From an uncultured virus (IMG/VR IMGVR_UViG_3300023174_000069) (lineage: Duplodnaviria; Heunggongvirae; Uroviricota; Caudoviricetes): 20,000 bases of DNA. Under the pieces are notes generated by a model. That model saw only the letters and a list, made by a program, of their open reading frames with translations. It did no database searches and was not told the origin of the DNA. Positions 15,996-20,000 of this stretch are shown one piece after another. The DNA is taken from IMG/VR virus record IMGVR_UViG_3300023174_000069; one strand, 5' to 3'. Position 1 is the first letter of the stretch, and each line of letters begins with the position of its first letter. A program made the position numbers and the translations under genes.

Positions 15996-16267
15996 TGACT
16001 TATATAAAAGCGATTCTGTTAATAGGATCGCTTTTGATGGCTGCTCAAACAATGCTTATTCGTGAAAACGAAGAGTTGGGAATTTTATATCTAATATTAT
16101 TTACAGCATTTAGAGAACTCTGGGAGATAGATTGTGATAGACAAAGAAACAACAGAATTGGCAGAAACGATAGCCAAAAAGCTGCTAGAAATAAAAAACG
16201 CCGAGACAGAAAAGATCACATTTCAAGAAGAAATGAAACGATTGCACGAGGAAATCTCTTATCTTAA
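15992..16267 (+). CDS. Small membrane protein (two hydrophobic segments); 3' part overlaps the next gene
   Basis: ATGA overlap with the upstream stop; hydrophobic N-terminal ~45 aa. Confidence 0.5.
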   Translation: MMTYIKAILLIGSLLMAAQTMLIRENEELGILYLILFTAFRELWEIDCDRQRNNRIGRNDSQKAARNKKRRDRKDHISRRNETIARGNLLS

Positions 16268-16385
16268 AGAGCGCATAAATAAATTAGATTCTTTGATAAC
16301 CTCATCGAAGTATGAGATTACACACAAATTGCTTGAGCAGTCCCTAGGCCAATCTATGTTAAAGGTTATAAATTCTGGAGATTAA
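16134..16385 (+). CDS. Coiled-coil hypothetical protein
   Basis: GGGAG SD 7 nt before GTG; heptad pattern. Confidence 0.75.
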   Translation: MIDKETTELAETIAKKLLEIKNAETEKITFQEEMKRLHEEISYLKERINKLDSLITSSKYEITHKLLEQSLGQSMLKVINSGD

Positions 16386-16386
16386 T

Positions 16387-16602
16387 ATGAAGATGATATA
16401 TGGTACAATGTTTATTTGTTTAACTACTTTGTCCTTTACTGGGTGTGCAGCGACACGTCTAGTCACGGGAGAAGTTGCACATCAGGTTGTTTCCTGCACT
16501 AAGTCTGAAGATTGTAAGGATCGAATGGCAAAAGATTGTCCTAAGGGCGGTGTGATTCATTCTATTCGTCCATCTGTTACTGTTGAGTATTCGTGTAGCT
16601 AA
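16387..16602 (+). CDS. Small lipoprotein
   Basis: Hydrophobic signal ending in lipobox-like LSFTG|C; four further Cys; GGAG SD. Confidence 0.7.
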   Translation: MKMIYGTMFICLTTLSFTGCAATRLVTGEVAHQVVSCTKSEDCKDRMAKDCPKGGVIHSIRPSVTVEYSCS

Positions 16603-17147
16603 TGTCTTTTGTCCGTGCAATATTCGATTTTATATCTCATGTTGCAAACTTCTTTAAAGAAGATGTTGACATTATATCTAAAGATAGAGTAATTATACTT
16701 AGATCTGATGGAACTTGGATAGTATCGACTAATAAAGCTCCAAAATCTAGTGCAGCGCCGACTCCGAATTTTCCTGTTTTTCCCAGGTCTTGGCACACAC
16801 ACGATCAGGATGATGTTGGTGAAATCTTAACTCCACCCGATTTCTTTCCCAAAAAGAATAATCTGCAAGATAAATTAAATCAATGTATAGACGCCGGCGT
16901 TATATCATCATGTACGCACACCAGAACGGAAAATAATATTTACCTACTGCAAGTGGAGATTCCTTGCTCGGATAATTATGAACAGAGTTGCTCTCAATTC
17001 AAAGTTTTTGTTAAAGCCATGGAAACCACATATGATTTTAGAAGTATACAACAAGAAAGAATCATAAGCAGAATATCCAATCAAAAAATTCATCGGGTTA
17101 TTTTTGAGTACGATCCCAGAATAAAAATATTGTCGAATAAAAATTGA
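16602..17147 (+). CDS. Hypothetical protein; C-terminal half resembles the downstream small paralogs
   Basis: TAATG overlap with the upstream gene. Confidence 0.7.
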   Translation: MSFVRAIFDFISHVANFFKEDVDIISKDRVIILRSDGTWIVSTNKAPKSSAAPTPNFPVFPRSWHTHDQDDVGEILTPPDFFPKKNNLQDKLNQCIDAGVISSCTHTRTENNIYLLQVEIPCSDNYEQSCSQFKVFVKAMETTYDFRSIQQERIISRISNQKIHRVIFEYDPRIKILSNKN

Positions 17148-17171
17148 CTAATCTTTCGTCTTTGCTATAAT
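17144..17171 (+). promoter_or_regulatory. Sigma70-like early promoter
   Basis: TTGACT, 16 nt, TATAAT with extended TG. Confidence 0.8.
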
Positions 17172-17178
17172 AAACTAC

Positions 17179-17370
17179 ATGGCGAAGATATATCCATACG
17201 AAGTTTTTAAAATAAAAAGAGAGATTCAATCTCTAGAACTAGACTTACAACAGATGCTTACCAATAGCTATCTGTCTTGGGTGGATAGATATCGAGTGGA
17301 TCAAACAAGAAAAAGAATAGTTGAATTGAAAATTGAATTAAAAGCTATATTGATCGATGATCCGCAATAA
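17179..17370 (+). CDS. Small helical-hairpin hypothetical protein
   Basis: ATG 7 nt after the -10 box. Confidence 0.7.
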   Translation: MAKIYPYEVFKIKREIQSLELDLQQMLTNSYLSWVDRYRVDQTRKRIVELKIELKAILIDDPQ

Positions 17371-17659
17371 TCGCATTCTTTCGACCAAGATAGCCTCTTT
17401 TGAAAGAGAATTGAACGATGTTAAAAGTAAAGGATACATACACACAATTACACCCATTAAAAAACTTACCACTTTTTCTGGAGGAGCAGAGACTATAGGA
17501 TCAGAAATACTTTTTTTAGACACAGTAACCGACAAACAGATTAATAAAATAATAACATACATAGAAAGAGAGTATAATTTTCTTGTATTAAATTTTTTAA
17601 TAGAAGCTGGAAAAATACCCAAAATATTATTGATTCAATATAGTGAGATGGCCATATGA
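17357..17659 (+). CDS. Hypothetical protein (paralog array member)
   Basis: Overlaps neighbouring genes at both ends. Confidence 0.7.
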   Translation: MIRNNRILSTKIASFERELNDVKSKGYIHTITPIKKLTTFSGGAETIGSEILFLDTVTDKQINKIITYIEREYNFLVLNFLIEAGKIPKILLIQYSEMAI

Positions 17660-17916
17660 GCAAGAAAAAAACAAAAACAAATAAAATTCTTCCAGAAGTT
17701 GTACAGTTTGAAAAAGATATGCAACAAGTTCTTAAAGAAGGTTTGATTATCAACATAAATCATATGCCTAACAAGAAAGGTATTGAAATTAGTTTACCAA
17801 CCAACGTAAGTGTCTATCATGCCAATCAGATAGCACAGACGATCAGATCTCGATATAATCTACAGGCGCTATTTTTCGCAAAAAAACACAGTATAAACGT
17901 ATACTATGAGTGCTAA
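17656..17916 (+). CDS. Hypothetical protein (paralog array member)
   Basis: ATGA overlap with the upstream stop. Confidence 0.75.
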   Translation: MSKKKTKTNKILPEVVQFEKDMQQVLKEGLIININHMPNKKGIEISLPTNVSVYHANQIAQTIRSRYNLQALFFAKKHSINVYYEC

Positions 17917-18271
17917 AAAGATTTCTTTAAAAGAATCACATCAAAAGAAAATTATTCAGGAGCTTCTTAAAGCTCGTGATGGTGGATTTATTTTAAGAAT
18001 TGATTTAGAGTTGGATCAACCCGAAGTAAAAATCATTTACGACCCCGATAATGCGATGTATAAGAATGAATGGTCCAAAACGAACACTGTAGAAGATACT
18101 AAAAATAATGACTTGGATAATATACCCTCATGTCGCTCTATTCTTGTAAAATTTTCTGATGGAGTAAAGAAACAAACCATAAAAAAAATAGCTGAGTATG
18201 TGTCAAAATCATATTTCTGCAAACACACGATTTATGAAAATAACAGACTGACTTTTTATGACTTTAAGTAA
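17906..18271 (+). CDS. Hypothetical protein (paralog array member)
   Basis: Overlapping chain of ORFs leading into lat. Confidence 0.75.
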   Translation: MSAKKISLKESHQKKIIQELLKARDGGFILRIDLELDQPEVKIIYDPDNAMYKNEWSKTNTVEDTKNNDLDNIPSCRSILVKFSDGVKKQTIKKIAEYVSKSYFCKHTIYENNRLTFYDFK

Positions 18272-19541
18272 TATTCACTCAATAGCCAACAAGCATATTT
18301 TGGTAGATCATTTTGATGTTGTTTATGACATAGAAAAGAGTCATGACAATTTTATCGTGGATAAGATAACTGGAAAGAAATATTTGGATGTTTTTAGCTT
18401 CATTGCCAGCAATCCTATAGGACATAATCATCCTAAAATGTTTAATGCAGAATTTCAAGAAAAACTGCTTAGAGTTGCTAGAGTAAATCCCTCTAATTCT
18501 GACATACTAACTCAAGAGTATGTGGATTTCTTACAAACTTTTTTTAGTATCGCTGTGCCAAATTATTTTGTCGATTCGTTTTTTATTGCGGGTGGTACAT
18601 TAGCCGTAGAAAATGCTCTAAAAACTGCTTTCGATTGGAAATATAAGAAGTTGTTGCAAAGAGGAATAAAAGTAAACTATAACGATCTAAAAATTGTACA
18701 TTTCAAAAACGCATTTCATGGTAGATCTGGGTACTGTTTGAGTCTCACTAATACCGCAGACCCTAGAAAATATGATTTGTTCCCCAAGTTTCACAAGTGG
18801 CCAAGATTTACCGCACCCGCAGTTCACGAAAAATATACAGAATCGGAGCAATATTGGCGAGATCATAAGTTTTATAATTCCATGTTAGATGACATTGAGA
18901 GACAAGGTAACGAATGTGCAGCTATCATCATAGAGCCTATACAGGGCGAGGGTGGAGACAATCACTTTACAAAAACGTTTCATCAAAATCTTCGCAAACT
19001 CGCAGATGAAAAAGAAATGTTGTTAATTTACGACGAAGTTCAAACTGGTGTGGGTTTGACGGGAAAAATGTGGGCGCATCAAAACTATGATGTTATTCCC
19101 GACATCATCGCTTTTGGTAAAAAGATGCAGGTCTGTGGAATTTTGAGTGGGCCAAGAATTAGAGAAGTTGAAAATAATGTGTTTGTAGAAAAATCTAGAA
19201 TTAATTCTACTTGGGGTGGAAATCTAGTAGACATGATTCGAGCAGAACAGTATTTAAAAATAATACAACAAGATAATCTGATAGAAAACACTACACTTCG
19301 TGGTGAGGAAATTTTAACTGGAATGAAAAGTCTAGGTTTAGAAAACGTTCGTGGTAAAGGATTGATGTGTGCATTCGATATGCCTGACAGTAATTCCAGA
19401 GATGAATTAATTAAAAGATGTTTGAAAAATGGATTATTCATTCTTGGATGTGGAACCAAATCTGTTCGCATTCGACCTTCTCTTACTTTTTCCAAAGATG
19501 ATGTAAAATTATTTTTGGAATTACTATCCAAAAATTTGTGA
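18258..19541 (+). CDS. lat: L-lysine epsilon(6)-aminotransferase, class III PLP-dependent
   Basis: AVENALKTAFDWK, AFHGRSGY.LSLTNT, IIEPIQGEGGDNHF, DEVQTG.GLTG..WA, FGKKMQVCG, SRINSTWGGN: Lat-type motifs. Confidence 0.92.
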   Translation: MTLSNIHSIANKHILVDHFDVVYDIEKSHDNFIVDKITGKKYLDVFSFIASNPIGHNHPKMFNAEFQEKLLRVARVNPSNSDILTQEYVDFLQTFFSIAVPNYFVDSFFIAGGTLAVENALKTAFDWKYKKLLQRGIKVNYNDLKIVHFKNAFHGRSGYCLSLTNTADPRKYDLFPKFHKWPRFTAPAVHEKYTESEQYWRDHKFYNSMLDDIERQGNECAAIIIEPIQGEGGDNHFTKTFHQNLRKLADEKEMLLIYDEVQTGVGLTGKMWAHQNYDVIPDIIAFGKKMQVCGILSGPRIREVENNVFVEKSRINSTWGGNLVDMIRAEQYLKIIQQDNLIENTTLRGEEILTGMKSLGLENVRGKGLMCAFDMPDSNSRDELIKRCLKNGLFILGCGTKSVRIRPSLTFSKDDVKLFLELLSKNL

Positions 19542-19543
19542 GT

Positions 19544-19573
19544 TTGACTTGTGTGCGATGGTTTTGCTATAAT
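19544..19573 (+). promoter_or_regulatory. Sigma70-like early promoter
   Basis: TTGACT, 18 nt, TATAAT with extended TG. Confidence 0.75.
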
Positions 19574-19609
19574 GGATAGTATAACTTATAGCAAAATTAA
19601 TTCGTTCGC

Positions 19610-20000
19610 ATGAAAACAAATCATTTCCAAAAAAATATCTCGTTTTTCATTCAAATTTCATTCTTTCTAGTGAAAATATTAGTTTGTTTTCTGCCTCTGT
19701 CGGCTCTATGTCAGAGTACAGATATTGTTTCTATGCATCATATCAATCAATATGTTAAGGTTCGTGGTGCAGGAAACGTACATATTAAATTAACAAAACA
19801 AAGACTATTTGACTCAAATAGCTCAGCCAAATATTTTCAGGGTTATGTAAAAATTGGTCGCAATACATTTCCTACCGCAGCCAACCAAATAAACAACACA
19901 CTTTCTATTACATTTCCTGGTCGAGTAACTGGTTCTAGAAAATCAAGACAACGATTATACACAGTAAAATATTCTAATAAAAATATTAGAATTGCTAGTG
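19610..20000 (+). CDS. 5' part of a gene running off the window; possibly exported
   Basis: Open frame from ATG 19610 (MKTNHFQKNISFFIQISFFLVKILVCFLPLSALCQS...) to the window end; hydrophobic N-terminus. Confidence 0.7.
   Translation, partial: MKTNHFQKNISFFIQISFFLVKILVCFLPLSALCQSTDIVSMHHINQYVKVRGAGNVHIKLTKQRLFDSNSSAKYFQGYVKIGRNTFPTAANQINNTLSITFPGRVTGSRKSRQRLYTVKYSNKNIRIAS

Noticed and set aside
1271..19531. Short antisense or alternate-frame ORFs in the track (e.g. 1271-1501, 4129-4365, 8118-8384, 12477-12716, 19085-19531)
   Set aside because: They are shadows of well-supported genes and have no motifs or initiation signals.
1..20000. CRISPR array, tRNA genes, introns/inteins or IS elements
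   Set aside because: I saw no regularly spaced repeats, no cloverleaf other than the tmRNA ends, and no interrupted core genes or transposase motifs.

Overview
AT-rich segment of a large T4-like (myovirus-type) phage genome. The central core (4.7-15.0 kb) carries gp33, gp59 and gp32 (+), a leftward block (tape-measure/hub-like protein with a C-terminal GH19 lysin-like domain, gp51, gp26, gp54-like, gp2, gp4) and a rightward block (gp48, gp53, probable hub protein). The left accessory region (0.1-4.5 kb) is rich in RNA elements. It holds a complete tmRNA (tag ANFNESAYALAA), an unassigned ~92-nt three-way-junction RNA with complementary loops behind a late-promoter motif, and a ~220-nt structured region ending in a canonical type I hammerhead ribozyme followed by a terminator. 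The same region encodes a Pol-beta-type nucleotidyltransferase with a T4-style capsid-targeting N-terminus and a minimal DNA ligase resembling the Chlorella virus enzyme. The right accessory region has small ORFs, including four apparently paralogous genes, and an intact L-lysine epsilon-aminotransferase. All assignments come from reading motifs by eye; no searches were run.
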